From: Octopus sinensis
Taxonomy: Eukaryota
NCBI RefSeq assembly: GCF_006345805.1
Contig: NC_043008.1
Span: forward strand, 54,436,001-54,500,000
DNA: 64,000 nt
Direction of reading: 5' to 3'
Shown here: positions 12,043 through 23,955 of the stretch, in pieces
Layout: every line of letters starts with the position of its first letter
Position numbering within the stretch: position 1 is the stretch's first letter
Made by a program: the position numbers and the translations under genes
The notes under the pieces: generated by a model
Told to the model about the DNA's origin: nothing
Seen by the model: the letters and a program-made list of their open reading frames with translations, nothing else
Databases searched by the model: none

Positions 12043-13022
12043 CTGGAAGAGATAGACAGTAATTTCATTTGAAGCAACAGTGCAAAGGAGTCAAATCAAG
12101 ACGATACAGAAGAATTAGTTATTTTACCACCACCATCATCATCATCGTTTAACGTCCACCTTCCAATGCTGGCATTGATTGGACAGTTTGACAGGGGCTG
12201 ACCAGGCAGGTGCTGACCAGACAGGAGCCTGCACCGGATTTCTATGTCCATTTTGGCATGGTGTTTTTTTTTTGGAGCTGGATGACCTTCCAAATGCCAA
12301 CCACTTTACAGTGAGGACTGGATGCTTTTCCATGGTACCAACATTGGCAGGGTCACCAAGTAACTAGCAAGACAAAGATGCTTTTGAGAGGAGAGGGGTC
12401 ATCGGAGGAGGTGATGTGTCAGATGATGAAAAGGTCGAGAGAGACAGAGAGGCAGAAACAGGTGTCTTACTGTAAAGTTTACGATTCTGGTTGTGGATAA
12501 AGAAGACTGTGGGAACAAATTAAGCAATTTTTGGCAAAATATGAACCCTTTTGCCAAGTTATAACAAAAAGTTAGTGAAATATTTAAAATGTTTACAGTT
12601 GGATGTGCCAATGGCACGTAAAAAGCACCCACTACACTCACGGAGTGGTTGGCATTAGGAAGGGCATCCAGCTGTAGAAACACTGCCAGATCAGACTGGG
12701 CCTGGTGCAGCCTTCTGGCTTCCCAGACCCCAGTTGAACCGTCCAACCCATGCCAGCATGGAAAGTGGACGTTAAACGATGATGATGAATTTGACAAAAA
12801 ATGTGAATTTTTAATTATTATTTTCTGAGATTTTACAAAAACAACAAAAATATTATTAAAAAAAAACAAAAATATTTGTTACCCAGTGACAGAGAATGCG
12901 GACAGAAATAGATGTGTTGTTGTAAAAGAGATACATGGCCATCCAGCCTGAGGGTAGACAAAAGAAACAGCAGCAATGATTCAGAAAACACAGAACAATT
13001 CTCAAGAGGAAATCATGATCAC

Positions 13023-13193
13023 CTTTCATAGTTGACAGCCAATAACCTGACACAGAATCCCAATGAACCTGGTATTCTTCGTTGATGACCAGCACTTTTT
13101 CTTTCCGGTTCCGCTGAGAGTCTAAAAGGTGGGCCCTACTTAGGAACGTTATTGTTGACTTTAATAACGTCTTCTGTTTCGCTTCTTCCACTT
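13023..13193 (-). CDS. NCDN: Neurochondrin exon 15
   Basis: (E)VEEAKQKTLLKSTITFLSRAHLLDSQRNRKEKVLVINEEYQVHWDSVSGYWLSTMK (human AILFLSQSH...EYEGIWADLQELWFLGMQ); 171 nt, weak gtgatc donor. Confidence 0.88.
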
Positions 13194-13581
13194 CTACAAA
13201 ACAAAAGAAACATCGAATGTAATGCAAGAGGAGGAAAAACTCAAGTTATTGAATCGCTTGGAGTGGCTGTGTGGTAAGTAGCTTGCTTACGAACCACATG
13301 GTTCCAGGTTCAGTGGATGCTAAACTGACCAAGGATGCTAAACTTTTCAGGTGAGATGACACAGGACTGAGATACCTCGCACCTTGTTGTACTCAAGAAG
13401 ACCCGTACTCTGCGGCAGAAGTGTTAAGACTGATCCCTCTGGCAGTGAAAAGCACTTGTGACGGTGCGACGTAAACGCGCCCATGTGGTGCCACACGAAA
13501 GCACCTGTGTTGTGCCGTGGACTTGGACAATAGTTAAAATGACTGAAACATGTAGAGCGTTTAGATAAGAAGATGGCTTAC

Positions 13582-13665
13582 CTCTTGTTATGCGATGCGA
13601 ATTGAATAGTGTCAGGCCAAGAAAGGACATCACAGCAACTACATTGAGACATTCACTTTTGAAAA
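13582..13665 (-). CDS. NCDN: Neurochondrin exon 14
   Basis: (V)FKSECLNVVAVMSFLGLTLFNSHRITR (human LLLAANVATLGLLM); 84 nt, phase 1 to 1. Confidence 0.85.
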
Positions 13666-14110
13666 CTGAAACATTAAGGAATAACAATTAAAATAAACAC
13701 AAACACAACACACACATGCATGCACACACGTGTGCACAAACACACATGCATGTGTCTTTTATTGTGTGTCTTATCTTTTACTTGTTTCAGTCATTGGACT
13801 GCAGCCATGCTGGAGCACAATGATGTGATTGTATATTTTAGAATGGCATTGTAGGGTAGATGTGAGAGATCAAATCAGGCCAGTATGAACATAAAAGAGG
13901 TGGAATATATGGGGCTGGATATAACCAGTTTAAATACTAAAGGGTTAAAACCCATGGGAATCTTAATTTTGCATATAAAACCTGAAGTGACTTTGCGTGA
14001 AATTTTTATGGGTAAAAAGTGCATCTAACATACCATCAAAGATGGTGATTAATATTTCATTTTCTCTCAAGACTATGACAAGAATGACAAGAAATTTGCT
14101 GAATGCTTAC

Positions 14111-14234
14111 CAGTTTGGTGAAGGACTTCTGAGATTCTGTTGAATAAACTAACGTATATGGAGTCTGAGTCAATAAAACATGTGTCTGTCTCGGTAAGTT
14201 GAAGCAAAAGGTCAGAAAGTGTCTCCACACACAG
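14111..14234 (-). CDS. NCDN: Neurochondrin exon 13
   Basis: LCVETLSDLLLQLTETDTCFIDSDSIYVSLFNRISEVLHQT; 124 nt, gtaagc donor. Confidence 0.85.
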
Positions 14235-15162
14235 CTGGAAATAACAACAATAATATCGGGATATTTAGAAGTCAGAACTGTTAGGAACATCTGGATCTAT
14301 TTATTCATCATCTCCATCCTCCTCATCATACTTTTCCATACTTACACGGGCTGTATAGAATTTGTTTAAGTGGATTTTCTATGACTGGATGCCCTTCCTG
14401 CCGCCAACCCTCACTCATTTCCAAGTACAGTAATATTTCTCAATGGTTAGACATGCTTACATGGTAAAATTGGAAATGAAGGACATGGTGTGCATAATGG
14501 TGACACTCGTCTACAGCTATCATGCAAAATGAAAGTAAGGAGAAAGTAACACACACGCTTGTGCATGTACACGCACACACACACACATGCAATGGGCTTC
14601 TTTCAGTTTCTTATTTCTTTATTGCCCACAAGGGGCTAAACATAGAGGGGACAAACAAGGACAGACAAAGGGATTAAGTTGATTACACAGACCCCAGTGC
14701 ATAACTGGTACTTAATTTATTGACCCTATAATCGACTTCTCTTTATTCTTTTTGGTACAGCCCCACTAAAAAAAAAACTCCACATTTGGGGTCTGGCGCG
14801 GATATTAAAATGGCTGAAAACCACTGCTTTAAGCACTAAATTTCAGGGGAGGGGGTAAGTCGATTACATAGATCCCCAGTACTCAACTGGTACTTAATTT
14901 CTCGACCTCGGCAGAATTTGAACACAGAGCATTATGACGGACAATATACCTATCTCTTTACTACCTACAAGGGGCTAAACACAGAGTGGACAAACAAGAA
15001 CAGACAAACGGGTTAAGTCGATTACATCGACCCCAGTGCGTAACTGGTACTTAATTTATCGACCCCGAAAGGATGAAAGGCAAAGTCGACCTCATCGGAA
15101 TTTCAACTCAGAACGTAACGGCAGACAAAATACCTATTTCATTACTACCGACAAGGAGCTAC

Positions 15163-15410
15163 ACACTTCGAAAAGCCCTATCTGCAACGATTTCATCTCA
15201 ATCGAAGGAGAGGGGCTTTCTCTGTCTGGGTTGCAGATCCGTAGGATAAGCTGCCGGACAAGATAGTGAAGATGCCGACGACCGCTCGGTTCAAAGTCTC
15301 TCTTGACCAGAAACGGCCTGAACTCTTTGCATGAACACCCTCCCTGTACATAACTCCATGTCCCCCTTATTGCTTTTTGAGCCAAAAAATTAACTTAACT
15401 TAACTTAAAA
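15163..15410 (+). mobile_element. CR1/L2-type LINE 3' end
   Basis: FHLNRRRGAFSVWVADP*DKLPDKIVKMPTTARFKVSLD resembles the CR1 ORF2 tail; (TTAAC)n terminus. Confidence 0.7.
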
Positions 15411-15459
15411 GAGGGATGGATATTATTATTCAAAGATAATATTAACAAAAAGAACTTAC

Positions 15460-15664
15460 CAGGATGTTGCTGTCTGTCTCAGGAAACCGACTGAGAGCAT
15501 GTAACAAATACTGACCAACTGGGACGTAAGCTTCGTGTTGTAGTAGCTGTTCCCGGCCCTTGGTGTCGGAGGCAAGCTGACAGAACCCTTCAAACAAAGG
15601 GGACAAAACACCTGAACAGCTGACCACAGGGTTCTCGACCTCAGCCGTACAAAGCAGGTTTTTA
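15460..15664 (-). CDS. NCDN: Neurochondrin exon 12
   Basis: KNLLCTAEVENPVVSCSGVLSPLFEGFCQLASDTKGREQLLQHEAYVPVGQYLLHALSRFPETDSNIL (human LLPGWCHLTVEDGPREIL); 205 nt. Confidence 0.9.
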
Positions 15665-16387
15665 CTGAAAATATAATAGAATAAGATGTTTCCAGATGAC
15701 CATCCACCTTCGCAGATTTTTACTTCTTTACATTTTTATGTTTCATCTATTACTAGCTTCAGTCATTGGACTGTGGCCATGCTGGAGTACTACTTCGAAG
15801 ATTTTGATCAAACAAATCAACCCTTGCACCTATATATGTCATAAATTGTGGTACTTATTCTATCAATAGCTTTCTCTTGAACTGCTAAGTTACAGAGACA
15901 TAAACAAACCAACAGTGACAGTAGGAGGACAAACACAAACACATACACACAATAGGCTTCCACACAGTTTCCATCAACCAAATTCACTCACAAGGTATTG
16001 GTCACCCCAGGGGGACTGAACCTGAAACCACACAGCAACAGATTTCTTAAAGAGATGATGATGATTCTTACAAGGTGATCAGCTCCCATTGAGCAGATCT
16101 ATGATTACAGACTTTCCAACTATGACCATCCCTCCAGCCTTCTTTATCAGACATCCTGTATTTACTACTACATTACCTAATGTGTCCTGCTAATCTTTTT
16201 CTAAAAGGGGTATTTGATTGCAATTTCTAGCAAACTAATTCTCTCATTGCCTCATTTTGTTGTTATTCAGCCCTAGGTCACTCCTACCCATGCAGATCTA
16301 TGACTACAGATGTCCCAAATTTGACCATCCAGTCTTTTTAGAAGTATATCTAGATGTACATTTTTCTAATGTATCATCTCTAATGTA

Positions 16388-16432
<45 letters not shown>

Positions 16433-16499
16433 GTATATTAGACAGAAGGAGATAACAAAGCCAAGGCTGTGAGGCAGCAACGATAAAATAGATTTCTAC

Positions 16500-16615
16500 C
16501 TAAATGTCAGCAACATTGGCACCAGATCATGGATTTCATCACAGAGAGCTTCACTGTCTTCTTTCATCCACACACCGACCAATCGGATACAGGCTTGCAG
16601 CAGAGTGTCAGTAGC
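16500..16615 (-). CDS. NCDN: Neurochondrin exon 11
   Basis: ATDTLLQACIRLVGVWMKEDSEALCDEIHDLVPMLLTF (human [29 protein letters not shown]); 116 nt. Confidence 0.93.
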
Positions 16616-16661
16616 CTGCAATGTCAAATATACATATATATACATACATATATATATATAT

Positions 16662-16930
16662 ATACAAAGTTTGATCAAAAAGTATAGGAACCGGTAGAAT
16701 AAAAAGAAAATTACAACACATATCAATTCAGCATTTGCTCTCCTTTGAAGTAGTCCCATTCTGCACCCGTATTTTTTATCCAGCCTTTGATGGAAGCATT
16801 CCTGGAACTCACCTATTTGGGACAGCAACCAACTGCATCGTTGCATTCTCTGGTATTTCCTCCGTTTTGAAATCTCATTCCTTTCAAATAGGATTTGAAT
16901 TTTGAATCTTAAAGCGATGAGAATGATGAT
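16662..16930 (-). mobile_element. Mariner transposase C-terminal relic with TIR remnant
   Basis: KSYLKGMRFQN...FQECFHQ...WDYFKGE across frames; TIR-like acaaagtttgatcaaaaagt. Confidence 0.55.
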
Positions 16931-17559
16931 GACGTGTATTTTAGCCTTAATAAGCAGCATACACTGTTTGCTATGTAAATCAAGCTCAATCTCAGTTTTT
17001 CTGAACAATGGAAATTTGAACATCAAAGACAAAAGACAAAGAAATATAATCCAAGGGAAATAATTAATGGTTTTGCATGCCAGTAGCATGGGTGCCAGTT
17101 ACCTGACACCAACGACCATAGCTATGGCTTCACTTGGCTTGATGGGTTTTCTTATATATATAGGCGCAGGAGTGGCTGCGTGGTAAGTAGCTTGCTTACC
17201 CACCACATGGTTCCGGGTCCAGTCCCACTGCATGGAACCTTGGGCAAGTGTCTTCTGCTATAGCCTCGGGCCGACCAAAGCCTTGTGAGTGGATTTGGCA
17301 CACGGAAACTGAAAGAAGCCTGTCGTATATGTGTATATATGTGTGTGTGTGTGTGTGTGTATGTTTGTGTGTCTGTATTTGTCCCCCTAGCATTGCTTGA
17401 CAACCGATGCTGGTGTGTTTACGTCCCCATCACTTAGCGGTTCGGCAAAAGAGACCGATAGAATAAGTACTGGGCTTACAAAGAATAAGTCCCAGGGTCG
17501 ATTTGCTCGACTAAAGGCAGTGCTCCAGCATGGCCGCAGTCAAATGACTGAAACAAGTA

Positions 17560-18375
17560 AAAGAGTAAGAGTAAAGAGTATATAAAGAAATGGACTAGCA
17601 TGATCCACTGGATGTGTAATGTCAGTGTGCACGCTCGACAGAGTGTAAGCACCCTGAGGATGATGTTGGACATATGAAGCATCGGATGTGGCATGCAGGA
17701 GAGACGTTTGCCTTGATATGGTCATGTACTACGGATGGATGAGGAGAGATGTGTGCAGAAGTATCACACCCAAACAGGTGAAGGAATCCGGGGTAGAGGT
17801 AGACCCAGGAAGACATGGGATGAGGTGGTCAAGCATGACCTTTGAACGTTGGGTCTCACAGAGGCAATGATGAAAGACCGAGACCTCTGGAGATATACTT
17901 TGACTGCGAAGACCTGACAAATGGAGTTCATGGCTCACAGGATGGCCTGCTGTGCTTACCTTGGATTGTAGGGTGACCTGCTGTGCTTGAGGAAACCTAT
18001 TGAGTCAAGTACATCAACATCAAAATAAAAATCAAATGGAAATTGTAGTTGTTATACCCTTGCCAGTGGCACATAAAAAGCACTATCCAAGTGTGGCCAA
18101 TGCCAGCTCCACCTTGACTGGCATCCGTGCCGGTGGCACGTAAAAAGCACCAACCAATCGTGGCCATTGCCAGCTTCCTCTGGCCCCTGTGCTGGTGGCA
18201 CATAAAAAGCACCCACTACACTCATGAGGTATTTAGCGTTAGGAAGGGCATCCAGCTGTAGAAACACTGCCAGATCAGACTAGAACCTGGTGCAGCCCCT
18301 GGCTTTCCAGACTCCGGTCAAACCGTCCAACCAATGCTAGTATGGAAAACAGACATTAAACAATGATGATGATGA
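17560..18375 (+). mobile_element. 5'-truncated RTE-clade LINE (degenerate ORF2 C-terminus plus 3' UTR with (GAT)n tail)
   Basis: YGHVLRMDEERC...GRGRPRKTWDEVVKHDL with stops; 3' UTR shared with many shorter copies. Confidence 0.8.
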
Positions 18376-18656
18376 TATATATATGTATATATCAAGGCGG
18401 CAAGCTGGCAGAAACGTTAGCATGCCGGGCGAATGCATAGCCATATTTCGTCTGCTGTTATGTTCTGAGTTCAAATTCCACCGAGGTCGACTTTGCCTTT
18501 CATCCTTTCGGGGTTGATAAATTAAGTACCAGTTATGCACTGGTTTGTCTGTCCTTGTTTGTCCCCTCTGTGTTTAGCCCCTTGTGGGTAGTAAAGAAAT
18601 AGATATATATATATGTATATATATGTATACATTTATATGATTATTTATATACACAC

Positions 18657-18851
18657 CTGGATTGACTGTAAAGATTTAGTTATCTCCTGCAGGAAAAGGA
18701 TCACACACTTCAGGGTCTCTGTGAGGATGGAATAGAGTTGAATTATTTGGCTTGGGTCAAATGGTGGTCCGTCTTCACTGCTCACCAGAAATTTGATGGT
18801 GTTCTCAATAAGACTGAAATAAGCTGACAACTGGTTTGATTTCTCACGAAC
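18657..18851 (-). CDS. NCDN: Neurochondrin exon 10
   Basis: VREKSNQLSAYFSLIENTIKFLVSSEDGPPFDPSQIIQLYSILTETLKCVILFLQEITKSLQSIQ; 195 nt, phase 0 to 0. Confidence 0.9.
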
Positions 18852-19857
18852 CTAGAATAGTAATTAAGAAACAGCATTAAACATACTTTAAAATATCATC
18901 ATCATTGTTTTAACATCTTTTTCCATGCTTGCATAGGTTGGACGAAGGTTATTGAGGCAGATTTTCTATGGCAGGATGCCCTTCCTGTCACCAACCTTTA
19001 CTTGTTTCCAAGCAGAGTAATATTTTCTGCATGGCTGAACATGTTTTCTTTTGATAGAAGTTTGGAAATGAAGGACACTGCTAGCATGATGGTGACACTC
19101 ACTTACAACTATGTCAACTAATGTCAATCACTTTGCAAAGTGTACTGGATGCTTTTTACATGGCACCAGCACTAGTGAAGATATCACGTAACTTGCCAAA
19201 CAAGAACTCCTTGACTGAAACAGGTGTAGCATTTAGGGAGTTGGCTTTATGCTAGGCAACAAGGAGCTAAAGTAGGTTAGAGGGATAGGAGTAGGTGTCT
19301 TGCTGCAGAGAGATATACAGTTACCCCAGATGGAAAAGAAAGAATGTGATGGTGAGGATGTGTCAGAGCATACCCAGAGCTACAGGAAGGTGAATAAAGT
19401 GGCATAATGGTAAACTGGTGGGACCCATGAATATTTCACGGGATTAATGGTAAACTTATTGGGTTATATCTGAAAACTTTATCCAAAAAATCCTGAAAGC
19501 GTAGCCTGTGTTGTGTCTATGTCAAAAGAGGGTTGCTCATCTCTCTTTTACTCGTTTCAGTCGTTTGACTGCAGCCATGCTGGAGCACCACCTTTAGTCG
19601 AGCAAATCGACCCCAGGACTTATTCTTTGGAAGCCTAGTACTTATTCTATCGGTCTCTTTTGTCAAACCGCTAAGTTACGGGGACATCGGTTGCCAAGTG
19701 ATGTTGGAGGCGGACAAACACAGACACACAAACATATATACGACGGGCTTCTTTCAGTTTCCGGTCGGCCCGAGGCTATAGTAAAAGACACTTGCCCAAG
19801 GTGCCACGCAGTGGGACTGAACTCGGAACTATGTGGTTGGTAAGCAAGCTACTTACT

Positions 19858-19990
19858 TACCATACAGCCATGCCTACACCTACCACACAGCCATGCCTAC
19901 ACCTACCACACAGCCATGCCTACACCTACCACACAGCCATGCCTACACCTACCACACAGCCATGCCTACACCTACCACACAGCCACTCCT
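19858..19990. repeat. 23-bp minisatellite (about 5 copies) at a SINE2 5' end
   Basis: (ACCACACAGCCATGCCTACACCT)n. Confidence 0.9.
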
Positions 19991-20438
19991 GCTAATCATT
20001 GAAAAGTGAAGGAAATTGGAATACAATGATTTAATGATTACTTAATGAACTTTATATACTTTATGCACAATTTTATAGACTTAATACACAGCACTCTTCC
20101 CCTTTCTCTCTCCCTCTTCGCCTTACTCTTCACTCTGTCACTTTCATTCTTCCTTAGCATATGACACAACCATTTCATCCCATTTCTCTTCACAACATTC
20201 ATCGCTGGCCCTTATTTCCCATCTACTCTATTCTCTACATCCCCTCTTATTATCAACTCCCTTGTCATCCTCATCACATTTTCCATCATCTTCAATTGTA
20301 TCTTCCTCAGTTTTCACTCTTACTTTCCTTCCTTCCATATTCATTTCCCTCACCCCTCTCACTTTCATCCTTCACTGGCCCCTATTTCCCATCATTCTAT
20401 ATCGAAAAGGAAAGAGTCAAAATGTTAACTATATTTAC

Positions 20439-20608
20439 CTGTCCCAAAGGAGAAAATGGAATGATCATTCCGACTTCCACAGAATTCAGGTTAATGGCTA
20501 AAAGAAATGGTTTTGCATCAGGGAGATTTGGGGGCAGCAAAAATTCTGGTCCTAAGTTCTCAACAATCACAGAGATTAGCATTAAGACTGATTCCCTTTG
20601 CTTCTGTT
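20439..20608 (-). CDS. NCDN: Neurochondrin exon 9
   Basis: (E)QKQRESVLMLISVIVENLGPEFLLPPNLPDAKPFLLAINLNSVEVGMIIPFSPLGQ (human QRNPALKLAA...LLVNLACVEV); 170 nt. Confidence 0.9.
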
Positions 20609-21409
20609 CTGCAAATATAGGAAAATAATTTAGTAACGCTTACCAAAAAATTTTTTTTTTAAACTGAGATGCAAGTATATGATACTCGGGATGTATGGCT
20701 GTTATTTCTAGCATATCAAGCGACCATGGAGAGCCATATTTTCCAACCAATGATTAGAGTGTGGCTTCAAGTTCAGTAGTGATTCATGTAAAAACAACAA
20801 AATAAAGGGTTCAGTAGATTAGGTTTTATTTGTGAAATACAGTTGCTTTGAATTTGCTTCAGAAAGAGATCTATGTTTGTGATGGTTAATTGGGGTGGGG
20901 CCACTAGAAAAGTGGTCTGGGTGTCAAAGCGGGTGGCAGCCTGAAAACTTTTGGGAACCACAAAAAGCACCAACCGATCGTGGCTACTGCCAGCCTCCCC
21001 TGGCACCTGTGCCAGTGGCACATAAAAAGCACCCACTACACTCACGGAGTGGTTGGTGTTAGGAAGGGGCATCCAGCTGTAGAAACACTGCCAGATCAGA
21101 CTGGAGCCTGATGCAGCCTCCTGGCTTCCCAAACCCCGGTCGAACCGTCCAACCCATGCTAGCATGGAAAACGGACGTTAAATGATGATGATGATGTACT
21201 TGTATTTCATTTGATTATTTATGTAAATTTAATATTTGTTTAATTTAGTGTGTGTTGACCAAAATGACCACCACTTGTTTGGAAAGGCTTTGGAAATAAA
21301 TCTCCTGGAAAATCAATGTTGTGGTTGTATAATAGGAACATCATTACATTTATGGTAAAAAATACTTTTAGCGTTAAAAGATTAAAAGTGGGGAAAATGG
21401 TTTACAAAC

Positions 21410-21488
21410 CTAGACGTGACTTAATCAAATCCATAATTCCTTGGGGAATATTTTTCTGCCAACTGAAGTTACCTGCTGGAATCTGGTC
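21410..21488 (-). CDS. NCDN: Neurochondrin exon 8
   Basis: DQIPAGNFSWQKNIPQGIMDLIKSRL (human DLQAGLARILGSKL); 79 nt, phase 0 to 1. Confidence 0.88.
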
Positions 21489-21617
21489 CTAAACAACAAT
21501 AACAATATAATTTCTTTTTTTGGAATGGTGAATCTCAAAGCAGATAGAGCTATAAACAACAGCATGTAATTATTAGAAGAATTAGGTTAAAAAAACTCTT
21601 TTGGATAAAAAAGTTGT

Positions 21618-21690
21618 AGGCAGCCTATAGGATTTGAACCCACCTCCCACTGTAGACATGACAGATGTTCTACCATTAGACCAAAGCAAT
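21618..21690 (-). pseudogene. tRNA-like relic (A and B boxes), not a functional tRNA
   Basis: TGGTCTAATGG, GGTTCAAATCC, CTGT-CATGTCT-ACAG anticodon-like arm; poor acceptor stem. Confidence 0.4.
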
Positions 21691-22500
21691 TCTTCAAATT
21701 TTTCTATTTTAGAAATTTTATTCTTACCAATGAAAATTGTATGTTGTTGATGTCATAAGAAATTAATAAACTTCAAGAGAACATGAAATAGATCTTTTGA
21801 GGGGGACGGTGGATCTTGAAGCAAATAAAGCTATAAATAATAGCTTGTAAATATTGAGTCAGAAATCTGTTTTAGATTTTTAAAAAATCAAAGGCTGCCC
21901 ATGAGATTAGAACCTACATCTCCTTGTTTTGACATTGTGTGGTAGCTATAAACAAGCAGCAGTACCATACAAATAGTGTCCTTTGTTTCCAGTCATCCAG
22001 GAAAACATGTCTGGTCATGGGGAAATCCGGCGTGCTAACGTTTCTGCCAGCTCACCGCCTTGATGATGATAATAATGATGATGATGAATGCACCCAAAAC
22101 ACTCTAAGAGGTTGGCATTAAGAAGGGTATCCAGCTGTAGAAGCCATGCCAAAGCAGGCATTAAAACCCAGCGCAGTCCTCTGGCTCATTAGCGTCTATC
22201 AAACCATCCAACCCATGCCAGCATGGAGAAAGGGGGCATTAAATGATGATGATGTTCTTTATTGTGTTTTGTTATGCACGCCAGATCCATAGAAAAATTA
22301 TCTTGCATGAAACCAGTTTGTGTTGCAAAAAAAAAAAACAACGAGGTTGGAAACTCCGGCCCTAAAGTATTGTCACCTCCCCACAAAGATATATTTTGCT
22401 AATCTACAAGCTAACTCACAATCATAACAACTGTGATTATTATTCTAACAAAATGGTTTTAGAAATATTGAGAAGGAAAACCACAATCCATAGTACAAAC

Positions 22501-22560
22501 CTTTGAGACACTGGTGAATACACTGGCAAGAATATCACAAAAATGGAATTTTTCAAGTTC
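22501..22560 (-). CDS. NCDN: Neurochondrin exon 7
   Basis: ELEKFHFCDILASVFTSVSK (human DASKFELCQLL); 60 nt. Confidence 0.88.
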
Positions 22561-23827
22561 CTGCAAAAAAATAATAATAATAATTTAATTTCATTAAATT
22601 TTAAAATTGCTTTTAACAACAATTAGAATTCTTTCTAATTTTTAGTACAGGGTCAGTAGTTTTGAGGGGAGGGGTCAGTCAATGGCATCAACCCCAGTAT
22701 TCAATTGATGTTGTTTTATTGAAGACCTGTTGAGGCAAGTGAAATCGAAATTGAAATCAAATTCGATGACTGGTATCCGTGCTAGTGGAGCGCTACGAGT
22801 ACCATATGAGCGTAATCGTTGCCAGAGCAACAAGCTGGCCTCCGTGCCGATGGCACGTAAAATGCACCTTTCGAGCGTGATCGTTACTGGCGTCGACTTA
22901 CTGGCACTTATGCTGGTGACACGTGAAAAAACATTCAAGCGAGGTCATTGCCAGTGCTGCTGGACTGGCTCCTGTGCAGGTGGCACATAAAAAGCACCAT
23001 TTGAGTGTGGCCGCTGCCAGTACCGCCTGACTGGCCCTCATGCTGGTGGCAAGTAAAAGCACCCACTACACTCTCAGAGTGGTTGGCACTAGGAAGGGCA
23101 TCCAGCTGTAGAAACTCTGCCAGATCAGATTGGAGTCTGGTGCAGCCATCTGGTACACCAGACATCAGTCAAATCGTCCAACCCATGCTAGCATGGAAAG
23201 CGGACGTTAAGGGATGATGATGATGACACCCTACCAACCCCCCACCCCAGGTGAAAGGGAAAAATTAACCTTAGATGCATTTGAATTCAGAACATAAAGA
23301 GCTGGAAGCTAGTCTGAATAAAAAAAGCATTACATTTGACAGATTAATTTGAACACTCAAGGCTTAAGGCAGAGAAAACCACAGGTCCATCAGAGATGGC
23401 ACATGGTGCGGTGAAGAAATGGTGAGTATCAGATATTCTCGATCACATGGCATCAGGCTAAGTCCTGCTCCATGGCACTTTGTTCAAGTGTCTTCTACAA
23501 TAGTCCCAAGCTGATGAAAGTGTCATGAGTAAATTTGGTAGATGGAAACTGAAACAAGCCCATTATATCATCATTTAACAAACACTTCTCCATGCTTGTA
23601 TGAACCAGACAGAGTTTATTGAAGCAGATTTTTTTATGGCTGGATGCCCTTACTGTCACTAACCCTCATCTGTTCCTAAGCAAAATAATATTTCACCATA
23701 GCCAAGCTTATTCTTCATGGAAAACTGGAACTAACATATATGATGGTGATGCTCGTTAACAACCATCACATGATGTCAAGACAAAAGTTACACACACATA
23801 TACTTACATATATTTGCATTGACTTAC

Positions 23828-23955
23828 TTTTGAGTGGGAGAAATTCTCTCCTAAATAACCCAGTAACTCTTGGAGACCTTTCATATTCTTTGTCCAAACT
23901 TCAGCACCATTTGTTGAGATAAGCTGCTGGATTATAGCCAAAGCTCGCTGGTTAC
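23828..23955 (-). CDS. NCDN: Neurochondrin exon 6
   Basis: (G)NQRALAIIQQLISTNGAEVWTKNMKGLQELLGYLGENFSHSK; 128 nt, phase 1 to 0. Confidence 0.9.

Noticed and set aside
16496-17089. 197-aa ORF as a single-exon gene
   Set aside because: Chance fusion of a mariner relic, a (TA)n tract and NCDN exon 11
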